From: an uncultured Dehalococcoidales bacterium
GTDB lineage: Bacteria > Chloroflexota > Dehalococcoidia > GIF9 > UBA5629
DNA length: 64,000 bases
Reading direction: 5' to 3'
Assembly: GCA_964548415.1 (NCBI GenBank)
Contig: CAZJQG010000004.1
Location: forward strand, 4,259-68,258
Part shown: in pieces, positions 44,901 through 53,481 of the stretch
Layout: the number at the start of each line of letters is the position of its first letter
How positions within the stretch are numbered: position 1 is the first letter of the stretch
The notes under the pieces: generated by a model
Told to the model about the DNA's origin: nothing
Databases searched by the model: none
What the model saw: only the letters and a program-made list of their open reading frames with translations
Program-made: the position numbers and the translations under genes

Positions 44901-46795
44901 CCCGGTGGGAAGAGGGGCAGACCGATTTGTACCACCGTCAGCTGTATCGAGCCATCATGTATAAAACAGCCGGGATCTGCGTTCTCGATGGCTGAAGCCA
45001 GGCCGTTCTTCATATCGGTGAAATCGGTACCGGATATGCTGGCGCTACCATCCAAGATTATGGCTAGCTGGACCCGCAGAGGCACAAAGTCGGGGTCGGC
45101 GGCATCTATCAAAGTGTCGCAGTCGTTGTCGATGCCGTCGCAAACCTCCAGGGCGCCGGGATGGACATTGGGATTGGAATCGTTGCAGTCGGTGTTATCA
45201 GCAACATAGCCGACGGGCTGACTGCACGAAAACTGCTGGATACTGGGGTTGCCATATCCATCATTATCGCTGTCCCTATACCAGACTGTGGGTGAGTTAT
45301 AGGTAAAAGAACCGCTACTGGTAGCGGTGCCACCGGACGTGGTCACCGTAATTTGGCCGCTGGAGCCAGTGCCCACCACAGCCGTAATTTGGGTGGCCGT
45401 GTTAACAGTGTAACTGGCAGCATCGGTGCCGCCAAATTGAACCGCGGTGGTCCCGAGGAAATCGGTGCCATGGATTGTTACCGAAGTATCGGTGCAGCCG
45501 GATATCGGGTCAAACGAAGTAATCGTGGGTGGTGCTGGGGGAGTGTAGAAAATCTTTACCTGCACCTGGTCCAGCCATATGGAATCACCACCTCCAGTCG
45601 CATCCATCCTCACTCTAAAGCTATTGCTATTGATTATAGTCGTGGTCCATGAGCCGTATCCCCAATTGTTACTACTGCCTCCGAGCACTATCGTGGTATC
45701 ATAAGTCTGCAGACTGCCGGTATTTATAGCAGTTGTCCAGTGGGTGCCACCGTCGTAGGAGAGGGAGACGTCCCAGGTCCTTGATGAACTGGAATCTCTA
45801 TATCCCTCGATACTGACCTGAATGCCATCGATAGTAGAACCACCCGGAATAGTAAGTCCGAAACCATAGTATTGATTTATATCATTAGTGGAATCATACT
45901 CCGCTCTAAGGTTGTTTGAGGTATAAGCATAAGTCGGATTACCAACACCGCCTCCAGTGGAACTGTTAGGCTGTTTCCAGCCGTCTTCGAAACTAGCAGC
46001 TATTGTATGATTAGCGGTAACGTTGGTGAAAGTATAACTATTTGTTCGTCCTTGCGAGACGCTGTCTACTGCCACGTCAGAAACTATATAACTTGTATTT
46101 GGGGGGATGTCGAATGCCTGGTCATTTCCTTCATCGACCGATACGACACCGGAAGGTGTTATGCTACCTCCTGCTCCGGCAGTAGCGTTAATGGTATAAG
46201 TTACTGTCGGAGTGTAGTAAACCGTAATCCGAATAAAGTCTACATATATGTCAGTATTATTGCTCCGGGCTTGCGCTGCCATGTGGACACCAAATGTAGA
46301 GGCATTGATTTCAGAGCGAGTCCATGTTGTTCCCCATAGGTCGGTTGGCCCACCGTATGTTCTTATGGTTGCTGAGCCGGGCCAGTTAGGTGATGTAACG
46401 GCTTTGTTGTCACCTACCCGGGCGGTGCCGTTCTTTGTAAGTTGGACGAGGGCATCCCTGGCGCTACCGGCGCCGCAATATCTCTCAATCTCTACTTGGA
46501 TACCTGTTATGGCGTTACCAGCGGGTATGTTAAAGCTAAAGTTAGTTGCCATCAGGACATAAGAGTAATCATTGTCGTCAAAAGATGAGGCAGTTATGCT
46601 CGCATTATTCCCGTCATCGGCACTTATGTTACCCCGGTTTATCCAGTCTTCGTCGTTGTATGAACCCTCGGAATTTGTATTGACTGTTCCTGGATAGCTG
46701 ATGCCCGTATTGTCTGCCAGCGCTGTACCGGCCATTGGTAGTGTTAGTGCAAGGAGCATGATTACTCCGAGTATCAGGTATAATAGCCTTCTCAT
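41996..46795 (-). CDS. Giant (1599 aa) multidomain cell-surface adhesin
   Basis: Domains in N-to-C order:
- Signal peptide.
- Two paralogous ~150-aa N-terminal domains (motif I(T/D)GIQV(E/S)IE).
- IPT/TIG-like domain (ITSFDPISG...VTIHGTDF).
- MopE-type metal-binding motif (DNDGYG...CDGIDNDCD).
- VWA-like domain (ILDGSASISG).
- PKD-like domain (WTFEGG...YDTAGSYYVTLIATNDCG).
- Three tandem Cys-rich 74-aa repeats.
- Poly-Gly linker.
- The same C-terminal module and NWWLIG TM anchor as 34775..36139. Confidence 0.85.
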   Translation of the reverse strand: MRRLLYLILGVIMLLALTLPMAGTALADNTGISYPGTVNTNSEGSYNDEDWINRGNISADDGNNASITASSFDDNDYSYVLMATNFSFNIPAGNAITGIQVEIERYCGAGSARDALVQLTKNGTARVGDNKAVTSPNWPGSATIRTYGGPTDLWGTTWTRSEINASTFGVHMAAQARSNNTDIYVDFIRITVYYTPTVTYTINATAGAGGSITPSGVVSVDEGNDQAFDIPPNTSYIVSDVAVDSVSQGRTNSYTFTNVTANHTIAASFEDGWKQPNSSTGGGVGNPTYAYTSNNLRAEYDSTNDINQYYGFGLTIPGGSTIDGIQVSIEGYRDSSSSRTWDVSLSYDGGTHWTTAINTGSLQTYDTTIVLGGSSNNWGYGSWTTTIINSNSFRVRMDATGGGDSIWLDQVQVKIFYTPPAPPTITSFDPISGCTDTSVTIHGTDFLGTTAVQFGGTDAASYTVNTATQITAVVGTGSSGQITVTTSGGTATSSGSFTYNSPTVWYRDSDNDGYGNPSIQQFSCSQPVGYVADNTDCNDSNPNVHPGALEVCDGIDNDCDTLIDAADPDFVPLRVQLAIILDGSASISGTDFTDMKNGLASAIENADPGCFIHDGSIQLTVVQIGLPLFPPGGIGAVIEVPPTVITASNAVSVANTISGISKRGGYTPLACAFYLAADTLYGAPCFDPDIKQVVNLVTDGIPTRCCNDTGHPYNSVGCDSCDIVDGCTEAMDSTEAAQVYTIGHLGMTSDQDEIDAEYIGPSQDTASEWLRTDIVWPQTGSYATPPAYPPPGWVQIIANGQAYANAICAKLGQVTCNGPIADFSGCPTAICAGNNVIFTNTSTNATSFSWTFEGGNPSFSSDRNPLAITYDTAGSYYVTLIATNDCGSDNQTKTNYITVNSLPDCTIDTTNAVCENSTSNSASVPNAVDNATYDWTITGSGSIVGSNAGNSITWDAASSGTAHIAVTISNNGCTCNNSIDVTIVAPCLSTAPDFSICQGTTPNDTLFTSNGAACSGSCSMTLDYHLVNPSTPGTYDYTVTCSNGVCPDDTATGHVTVVSPCTSTAPDFSICQGTTLNDTLFTSNGAACSGSCSMTLDYHLVNPSTPGTYDYTVTCSNGVCPDDTATGHVTVVSPCTSTAPDFSICQGTTLNDTLFTSNGAACSGSCSMTLDYHLVNPSTPGTYDYTVTCSNGVCPDDTATGHVTINPIPISAPSTNSPVCIGGTIQLMAGSDNVASYGWTGPLGFSSNLQNPSIPNATSNMSGTYTLVVTNTNGCISDNATTTVSVIQCGGGGGGGGGEVGFGQTTTGGGCPLTLTVNMLGQITTAKMTSDGVLCENCLAYDPQKQDSWEAKEGTKLTLVDNQIPQLIKVTLASSSPPVTGGQTIGQAYNINAYASLDGTDPSAINIYPLFTIASAYDPNELPENTAQVTYDYYSSQNQGWQAMGSVGTVAELGQAVGTLDYFVPDTLLAKLAEAAAKFEVSNLTINPTQIQPAQQVTIGLNVANTGSTAGNYNVELKVNGITKSTKEVTLAAGTSSVVSFTTTEDIVGTYQVTVAGLKGEFVVAGPNSLNWWLIGGIIAVIILAFAIWILMRWRRFNY
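43184..43828. repeat. Near-perfect tandem repeat, 222-nt unit x 2.9, inside the adhesin gene
   Basis: GGTTACGTGTCCGGTGG recurs at 43184, 43406 and 43628. The units are identical apart from one or two substitutions (for example TTAAGT vs TTAGGT, giving Leu vs Pro). Confidence 0.95.
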
Positions 46796-46843
46796 TTCTC
46801 TATTACGCCTCCTATTCGCGGCAATCCTGGATGTTCGCTAAAA

Positions 46844-46936
46844 TAAAAAAACCGACCGTTAAAATGGGTCGGTTTCACTACTGGCTCAGCACAAGTCAAG
46901 TGACCAAATTATTACTCGTGCTTCATCGCCCCCCAA
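46844..46936 (-). promoter_or_regulatory. Class-II c-di-GMP riboswitch (aptamer plus terminator), copy 2, upstream of the giant adhesin
   Basis: The minus strand reads GGGGGGCGAUGAAGCACGAGUAAUAAUUUGGUCACUUGACUUGUGCUGAGCCAGUAGUGAAACCGACCC-AUUUUAAC-GGUCGGUUUUUUU. AGGAGG and the ATG at 46795 follow ~35-50 nt later. Confidence 0.8.
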
Positions 46937-47048
46937 CAAGTTCTTAAGTACGTAAATTATTTCGAGTTGGTTACCTCCATGGCAGCCTTCGACTTGATTT
47001 GAAGTTACTTAAACAACACGCAAATCTGCCAAATTTACGATAATTTAC

Positions 47049-47077
47049 ATAATCGCATAGTACCAGTTACTTGTCAA
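47049..47077 (-). promoter_or_regulatory. Sigma-70-like promoter TTGACA-17-GATTAT driving riboswitch copy 2 and the adhesin gene
   Basis: On the minus strand, TTGACA is at 47077-47072, the spacer is 17 nt and GATTAT is at 47054-47049. Confidence 0.6.
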
Positions 47078-47300
47078 GAGTTTTTTCACCCTTTTTTCAC
47101 AAAGTTTTCATGAAATCTTCACGTTTCTCTGAGGCCGCAAACTAATTATCTTCGGCCAAAGGCTTTGTAATCTTTCCCCGGCACATTTCCTCGTTTATTT
47201 AGGAATTCAGTACTAGTGAGTTGGGGGACTAAACTACGGCGAAAAACGTGACCTACGGGTCATTCGAAAGCTCAGCCAACCGGTTAAACTAGCCCTTAAC

Positions 47301-48326
47301 ATGGTAAAAACGGGGAAGTTTATTTGGTTGGCGCTCATTCTCCTGATTACGCTAGTGGTTACAGTATTAGCTCCAACCCTTGTTAGAATCTCAGGCATTT
47401 CCTTGACAGGTTCAGTCGCGGTTCTGCCATTTGAACCGGGAACCGAAATTCAAAAGCCCAGTTCGATTGTTCCGAAAGATTCTTCCGGAAAGCAGTGGGC
47501 TATAACGAAGGTAATGGCGCCACAAGCCTGGCAGGTTACTGGCGGTGAGCCGAATATCCTGATAGCTGTATTGGATACCGGAATCGATAAAGACCAGAAA
47601 GACCTCGCTGGCAAGGTGATGGCCGAAATCAATTTCACCGATAGCGATACAGTTGAAGATGTTTACGGCCATGGCACTCATATAGCGGGCATCATTGCAG
47701 CCTGGGCAAAAAATAGTGGCGGTGTTGACGGTTTGGCTCCCGATTGTCGACTGCTTAATGTGAAGGTGGCTGACGATCAGGGCAGATTTGACAGCAAAGT
47801 AGCAGCTAAAGGCGTCATCTGGGCGGTTGACCATGGTGCCAAGGTCATAAACATGAGTCTGGTTACCCTGGAGCCGTCGTCCGCCTTGGAGGCGGCAATT
47901 GACTATGCCTGGAACAAAGGGGCTGTTGTAGTCGCTGCAGCCGGCAATCTCGTTGGCGATAAGATTGTATATCCAGCATATTATTCGCGGTGCATCGCCG
48001 TGGCTGCCACTGACAGCAACGACAGTATAGCTTCCTGGTCCAGCCAGGGAGAATGGGTGGATGTAGCGGCGCCGGGTGTGGATATTTATTCTACGCTGCC
48101 CCGAGATAATTATGGCTACAAAAGCGGGACCTCAATGGCATCGGCTCATGTATCAGGAGTGGCCGGGCTATTATTTGCTCTGGAGAAAGACACTGACGGC
48201 GATGGCCTGATTAACGATGAAGTCAGGTCTGCGCTTGAGAACGGTTGTGATGGTCTTGATGCAGGTGTTGTAAAAGGGCGAATTAATGCCTATCATGCAG
48301 TGAATAGCGCGTTAACCTCCAAATAG
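47301..48326 (+). CDS. Membrane-anchored/secreted subtilisin-like (S8) serine protease (341 aa)
   Basis: The triad blocks are AVLDTGIDKDQKDL, HGTHIAGIIAA and SGTSMASAHVSGVAGLL. The N-terminus has a hydrophobic helix. Confidence 0.9.
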   Translation: MVKTGKFIWLALILLITLVVTVLAPTLVRISGISLTGSVAVLPFEPGTEIQKPSSIVPKDSSGKQWAITKVMAPQAWQVTGGEPNILIAVLDTGIDKDQKDLAGKVMAEINFTDSDTVEDVYGHGTHIAGIIAAWAKNSGGVDGLAPDCRLLNVKVADDQGRFDSKVAAKGVIWAVDHGAKVINMSLVTLEPSSALEAAIDYAWNKGAVVVAAAGNLVGDKIVYPAYYSRCIAVAATDSNDSIASWSSQGEWVDVAAPGVDIYSTLPRDNYGYKSGTSMASAHVSGVAGLLFALEKDTDGDGLINDEVRSALENGCDGLDAGVVKGRINAYHAVNSALTSK

Positions 48327-48329
48327 ACG

Positions 48330-48385
48330 GAACGAAGCAACCTCATTCAATTTACTCACCCCTGAGGTTGCTTCGTTCTGATATT
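48330..48385 (+). terminator. Intrinsic terminator after the S8 protease gene
   Basis: GAACGAAGCAACCTCA - 17-nt loop - TGAGGTTGCTTCGTTC is followed by a T-rich tract. Confidence 0.7.
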
Positions 48386-48469
48386 TTCGGTAGTAATTCC
48401 ATCAACTCGATATAGCTTCGAATTCCAGTTCTTTCCTTTTTATTATAGTGGCAGTATAATCTGGAAATC

Positions 48470-49951
48470 ATGCCCAAAATGGATAAAGACCTCTATGGTC
48501 TGCTCACCACGCTGTCCGATATCCTCACCCCCAAGCAAAGACCGGCTTATGTGGTTGGTGGGTTTGTCCGTGACTGGCTCCTGGGAAAGGATACCGTTGA
48601 TGTTGATATTGCTGTTCAGGGGGACGCACTAAAAACAGCTCATCAAGTGGCCCAAGCGGTTAACGGGAAATATGTTTTGCTTGATCAAGTCAATAAAGTT
48701 GCCAGGGTGGTTGTCACATCTGGGCGACAATGGCATCTGGATTTCAGTACGTTTCAAATCGATATCGAGTCAGACCTGGCACGGCGTGATTTCACCGTCA
48801 ATGCTATGGCCTTCGAACTTCAGGGTTTGATTGACGGCTCGCCAAGTATTATCGATCCGTTCTCAGGCAAAGGAGACTTGAAGAAGAAGCGGGTACGCGC
48901 GGTCAGCGAGCAAATCTTTCACGCAGATGCCGCCAGACTAATGCGCGCCCTTAGAATAGCCGCCGAACTCAACTTTAAGATTGAGCCTGCCACAGAAACG
49001 CTCATCAGGAAAGATTGCCAGTTGGCAGCACTGGTTCCGGGCGAACGGCTGCGCGATGAGCTGGTCAGGATACTTGCGGTGCCTGGAGCCGCTGCTTTGG
49101 TACGATATATGGATAGCCTCGGTTTGCTGACCGCCATTATTCCTGAACTGGACTGTTTAAAAGGCGTGGAACAGCCGAAAGAGCATTATTGGGATGTATT
49201 TAATCATTCCGTTGAAACGATAGCCACAGCTGAATTTTTACTGCGGGAAAGTAGGTGGAAGTACGGGAAAACTAGTTTGTTGTCCGTAACTCCCTGGTCG
49301 GAAGAAGTGGAGCATCATTTTGATGGTGAGATTTCATCGGGGACGAACAGGAAGGTGATGCTAAAGATTGGTGCATTGATGCACGATATAGCCAAGCCTG
49401 CCACCAAGGCCGTTGATGAGACGGGCAGGACGCGTTTTTTGGGTCATCCCAAAGAGGGTGCCGCGATTACAGTGAAAGTTTTGGAGAGACTCAGGTTCAG
49501 TAGTCGGGAAATTAGACTGGCAGAAAACTTGGTTTATCATCACCTGCGTCCGGCACAAATGTCCAATGTGGGGATGCCGACCAGTCGGGCTATTTTCAGA
49601 TATTTCCGGGATACGGAGGGAGCCGGAATCGATATATTGTTTTTAGCGCTGGCCGATTATTTAGCCACGCACGGTCCCAAACTTGACATTCAGGAGTGGA
49701 ACAATCATAATCATGTGATTAATTTTGTACTGACCGAGCATTTGCATCAGGAAACCAAGGTTTTACCGGTCAAGTTGATAGATGGCAATGATTTAATGAA
49801 GACCTTCGGCTTGAAGCCGGGGCGCTTATTGGGCGAGCTTTTAAAGGAAGTGCAAGAAGCTCAAGCCGCCCGAGAACTGAGTACCAGGGAGCAAGCTCTG
49901 GACCTGGTCAGGAAAGAATTAGAAAAAAGGCAGTGCGGTTCAGCATGCTAA
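48470..49951 (+). CDS. cca: CCA-adding tRNA nucleotidyltransferase / poly(A) polymerase family protein with HD domain
   Basis: The head-domain block is VVGGFVRDWLLGKDTVDVDIAV and RRDFTVNAMA. The HD block is MHDIAKP...LGHPKEG. Confidence 0.8.
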   Translation: MPKMDKDLYGLLTTLSDILTPKQRPAYVVGGFVRDWLLGKDTVDVDIAVQGDALKTAHQVAQAVNGKYVLLDQVNKVARVVVTSGRQWHLDFSTFQIDIESDLARRDFTVNAMAFELQGLIDGSPSIIDPFSGKGDLKKKRVRAVSEQIFHADAARLMRALRIAAELNFKIEPATETLIRKDCQLAALVPGERLRDELVRILAVPGAAALVRYMDSLGLLTAIIPELDCLKGVEQPKEHYWDVFNHSVETIATAEFLLRESRWKYGKTSLLSVTPWSEEVEHHFDGEISSGTNRKVMLKIGALMHDIAKPATKAVDETGRTRFLGHPKEGAAITVKVLERLRFSSREIRLAENLVYHHLRPAQMSNVGMPTSRAIFRYFRDTEGAGIDILFLALADYLATHGPKLDIQEWNNHNHVINFVLTEHLHQETKVLPVKLIDGNDLMKTFGLKPGRLLGELLKEVQEAQAARELSTREQALDLVRKELEKRQCGSAC

Positions 49952-49985
49952 ACTTAGTCAATCAAATAAATAGGCAGGCAGTCAA

Positions 49986-51320
49986 TTGAAAAGAGCAAAT
50001 ACACCACTACTAATTTTTATCCTGGCTCTATTTGCCGTCTGTGTCTGGTTCATTTTGCCGGGTAATGGATTTGGTGACAGAAAAGATTTCAAATTGGGCC
50101 TCGACCTTAAAGGCGGCAGCCATCTGGTCTATAGAATAGACCTCTCGAAAAAGGACCCGTCTCAGTCGGACGCCGACGTTATAGCCGGCGTTAAACAAAA
50201 GATCGAACGCCGCGTAAATGCCTACGGTGTCACCGAGCCCATTGTCCAGACAATCACTAATGAGGGAGGCAGCTTCGTTCTCGTTCAGTTGCCCGGCGTC
50301 ACCGACATAGATGAGGCAATTAACCTCATCGGCCAGACCGCAGAACTGGACTTCAGGGAACAAGTGGTCGATGCTAGCGGCAAGCCGGTACTTGATGCCG
50401 AGGGCAACCAGGAATGGAAAATTGCCACGGCCAAAGGCACCGATGGGCAGGAAAGAGAGCTAACAGGTAAATATCTAAAACCAAACGCTCAGGTGGTTCT
50501 GACTCCGCAAACTAATGAGCCTGAGGTAGCATTTGAGTGGAATTCGGAGGGTGCCACGCTCTTTGAGCAGATCACGCAACGCAACTTAAATAAACCTCTC
50601 GGTATATTTCTTGATAATAAACTTATTTCGGCACCGACGGTGCAGGCTGTAATTAAGGATAAAGGCGTCATCACCGGCCTGACCCTGGAAAACGCCAAGA
50701 CACTGGCCATACAGTTGAATTCGGGTTCATTGGATGTTCCGCTGACGATAGTGGAACGCAGAGATATTGGCGCAACTCTAGGCGCGGATTCTCTGAAGAA
50801 AAGCCTTGAAGCCGGTATCATCGGGGCCGCCATGGTCATTATTTTTATGATCGCCTATTACCGGTTCTCCGGCCTTATGGCATGTCTGGCTTTAATAGTC
50901 TACGTGGCCTTAACCTTAGCCGTATTTAAGCTGATTCCGGTAGTTTTGACGCTGCCCGGTATAGCCGGCTTTCTGGTTTCGGTCGGCATGGGAGTAGATG
51001 GCAATGTCCTTGTCGCCGAGCGCCTTAAAGAAGAATTGAGACGCGGGCGCACCCTGGGAGCGGCTATAGAGGAAGGCTTCAAGCAGTCGTGGTCAGCCAT
51101 TTTAGATGCCAACGTAACCGTATTTATCGCCTGCATAGTTCTATACTGGCTGGGCAATACATTCGGCAATTTCCTGGTTCTGGGTTTTGCCACCACTTTG
51201 TTCATAGGTACACTTTTAAGCATGTTTACGCAGGTTGTAGTAACCAGGACTTTCCTCCGCGCCGTTGTAGGTGCCGGTATGGCTAAGAGTCCCGCGGCTT
51301 ATGGAGTAGCGAAACAATGA
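49986..51320 (+). CDS. secD: Protein translocase subunit SecD
   Basis: LGLDLKGGSHLVY...ELDFRE are followed by the C-terminal 6-TM domain. It has a TTG start and lies directly upstream of secF with a 4-nt overlap. Confidence 0.9.
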   Translation: MKRANTPLLIFILALFAVCVWFILPGNGFGDRKDFKLGLDLKGGSHLVYRIDLSKKDPSQSDADVIAGVKQKIERRVNAYGVTEPIVQTITNEGGSFVLVQLPGVTDIDEAINLIGQTAELDFREQVVDASGKPVLDAEGNQEWKIATAKGTDGQERELTGKYLKPNAQVVLTPQTNEPEVAFEWNSEGATLFEQITQRNLNKPLGIFLDNKLISAPTVQAVIKDKGVITGLTLENAKTLAIQLNSGSLDVPLTIVERRDIGATLGADSLKKSLEAGIIGAAMVIIFMIAYYRFSGLMACLALIVYVALTLAVFKLIPVVLTLPGIAGFLVSVGMGVDGNVLVAERLKEELRRGRTLGAAIEEGFKQSWSAILDANVTVFIACIVLYWLGNTFGNFLVLGFATTLFIGTLLSMFTQVVVTRTFLRAVVGAGMAKSPAAYGVAKQ

Positions 51321-52225
51321 TTGATTTAGTAGGCAAAAGGAACTGGTTTTTTCTCATCTCGGCGATAGTAATTATCCCGGGCATTATTTCACTGGCTGTA
51401 TTTGGGCTTAAGCCGGGAGTTGATTTTAGCAGTGGCACGGCGATAACGTTTCATTTTGATAAAACGGTGGAGTTGGGCCAGTTACGGCAGGAGTTAACTA
51501 ACGAGGGCTATGACCAGGCAGTCGTTCAACCCGCGGGAGAGGGCGATTTCTTTGTGCGACTCCCCGAAATGTCTACCGACCAAACTACAAAACTAAAAAA
51601 TGATTTGCAAACGGGATTGGATACCACGGTAACCATTAGCAGCCTTTATACCGTCTCGCCTATAGTCGCGGCCGGCACTGTTCGGAATACCATCATTGCG
51701 ATAGTAGTGGCTGCCGTGGCCATTTTGCTGTATATATCGTGGGCCTTTCGTAAAATGCCTAAGCCATTTCGGTGGGGCACCTGTGCTATTATCGCGCTAG
51801 TACACGACCTGGTGGTAGTTATCGCCATATTTTCAATTCTGGGTTGGGCGGCCGGTGTGGAGGTTGATGCACTATTCGTGACCGGCGTACTGGCTGTGGT
51901 CGGCGTTAGCGTTAATAATATAGTAGTCGTGTTTGACCGCATCAGGGAAAATATGAAGAGGGGCATAAGCCGTGACTTCGAGGTAGTAGCGAACTACGGC
52001 ATTGTTGAGTCTTTAGGACGTTCTCTGAATACAGGCTTGGCCACACTATTTGTGATAGTGGCTCTTTACTTGCTGGGCGGGCAGACTACACATACGCTGG
52101 TGTTAGCACTGCTTATAGGTATAGCCACCGGAATATACTCATCATTGTGTATTGCCGGGCAGCTTCTGGTAGTCTGGGAAAAAGGCCTGGCACCAAGAAA
52201 AAAGGAAGCGGTTAGCTCTATCTAA
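51317..52225 (+). CDS. secF: Protein translocase subunit SecF
   Basis: GVDFSSGTAITF is followed by the 6-TM domain with VHDLVVVIAIFSI and FDRIREN. Confidence 0.9.
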   Translation: MIDLVGKRNWFFLISAIVIIPGIISLAVFGLKPGVDFSSGTAITFHFDKTVELGQLRQELTNEGYDQAVVQPAGEGDFFVRLPEMSTDQTTKLKNDLQTGLDTTVTISSLYTVSPIVAAGTVRNTIIAIVVAAVAILLYISWAFRKMPKPFRWGTCAIIALVHDLVVVIAIFSILGWAAGVEVDALFVTGVLAVVGVSVNNIVVVFDRIRENMKRGISRDFEVVANYGIVESLGRSLNTGLATLFVIVALYLLGGQTTHTLVLALLIGIATGIYSSLCIAGQLLVVWEKGLAPRKKEAVSSI

Positions 52226-52260
52226 TTACCGGCTTTCCTTCAAATTGCCAGTACCCAAAA

Positions 52261-53292
52261 TCAAATCTGGTGGATTTCTTTCACCATTCGTACGAAGTTA
52301 TCAAAGCTTATGTGCCTCGATCTTGCCGGCTGTCTACCGAGGGGGTCGGAAATTTGCTTCTCACCCCTGAGCGTGTCCAAAGTGGCCGCTATCGATAGCG
52401 ACAGCGCTTCAAGATTGTAGCCGCCCTCGAGGACGAAGACCATCTTCCCCTGGCACAGCATATCGGCCAGAGTTATAATAATTTCGACCAGGCGGGCAAA
52501 GCCTGATACACTGAGCTGCATCGATGCCAGCCTGTCAGCCCAGTGGGCGTCGTAACCTGCTGAAACCATAATTATCTGGGGCTCAAACCGCTTCGCTATC
52601 GGCGCTAAAATGTCTTCGAAAACTTTCTGGTACTCGTCATCGCCCCAGCCTGCAAGGAGTGGAATGTTGACGGTAAAACCCTCTCCGCCTCCGGCTCCCG
52701 TCTCATCTATGCTGCCCGTTCCCGGGTAAAACGGATATTCATGAGTGGAGAAATAAAGTACGTTCGGGTCGGCGTAGAATGTATCCTGTGTACCATTGCC
52801 GTGATGGACGTCGAAATCCACTATTAGTATACGTTTGATATCGAAATTGGCGAGTGCGTATTTTGCAGCTATGGCTATATTATTGAATAGGCAGAAGCCC
52901 ATTGCTTGCCAGCAAGTTGCGTGGTGTCCGGGAGGCCTGACCAGCGCGAAAGAACTGCTTACCTCCCTGTTCATCACGGCATCAACCGCGGTTATGGTAC
53001 CCCCGGCGGCGAACAAAGCTGCGTTGTACGAACCTGGCGAGGTCACTGTGTCGTGATCCAGCCAGCCTCCGCCCCTCTCCGATTGACTTCTAATTCGTGA
53101 AATATATTCAGGCGCATGAACCGCCGTCAGTTCAGCGACGGTAGCCGCACGCGGATGCAATAAATTGAGTTTATCTATTGAGTGGGTGTCCTCGAGGTGG
53201 GATAGGGTGGCTGTCAGCCGCTGACCGTTTTCAACGTGAGTCCCGGTATCGTGTTCTAGATAAACAGGGTCAGAAATCAGGCCGACTCTCAT
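52261..53292 (-). CDS. Histone deacetylase-family (AcuC/HDAC class) deacetylase
   Basis: The motifs RPPGHHA, DFDVHHGNGTQ and EGGYN are present. The start was moved to the internal Met (MRVGLISDPVYLEHDTG) because the upstream extension overlaps the DegV promoter region. Confidence 0.85.
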   Translation of the reverse strand: MRVGLISDPVYLEHDTGTHVENGQRLTATLSHLEDTHSIDKLNLLHPRAATVAELTAVHAPEYISRIRSQSERGGGWLDHDTVTSPGSYNAALFAAGGTITAVDAVMNREVSSSFALVRPPGHHATCWQAMGFCLFNNIAIAAKYALANFDIKRILIVDFDVHHGNGTQDTFYADPNVLYFSTHEYPFYPGTGSIDETGAGGGEGFTVNIPLLAGWGDDEYQKVFEDILAPIAKRFEPQIIMVSAGYDAHWADRLASMQLSVSGFARLVEIIITLADMLCQGKMVFVLEGGYNLEALSLSIAATLDTLRGEKQISDPLGRQPARSRHISFDNFVRMVKEIHQI

Positions 53293-53481
53293 ACGTACTT
53301 TGCTCTTTGGGAAAATGTGGCAGGCAATTTGTTTAAAGAGCATGCCTATGATAGCAAAGCTGGACGTAATGGGCAACAAATGCCTTGTATCCAACGTTGA
53401 AATAACATAGAATATGAAGTCGCCTCGCATATCTAGGCATATCACGCTTGATAAGTCACTCGGAATATACAGGAGGACTAA

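Noticed and set aside
47180-47300. A possible third riboswitch upstream of the second S8 protease (a UACG-capped hairpin GTGACC-TACG-GGTCAT and GAAA motifs).
   Set aside because: It lacks the c-di-GMP-II blocks (no AGTAGTG..ACCGACC). It does not match the GEMM-I core as I remember it. There is no terminator or RBS-sequestering helix that I could see.
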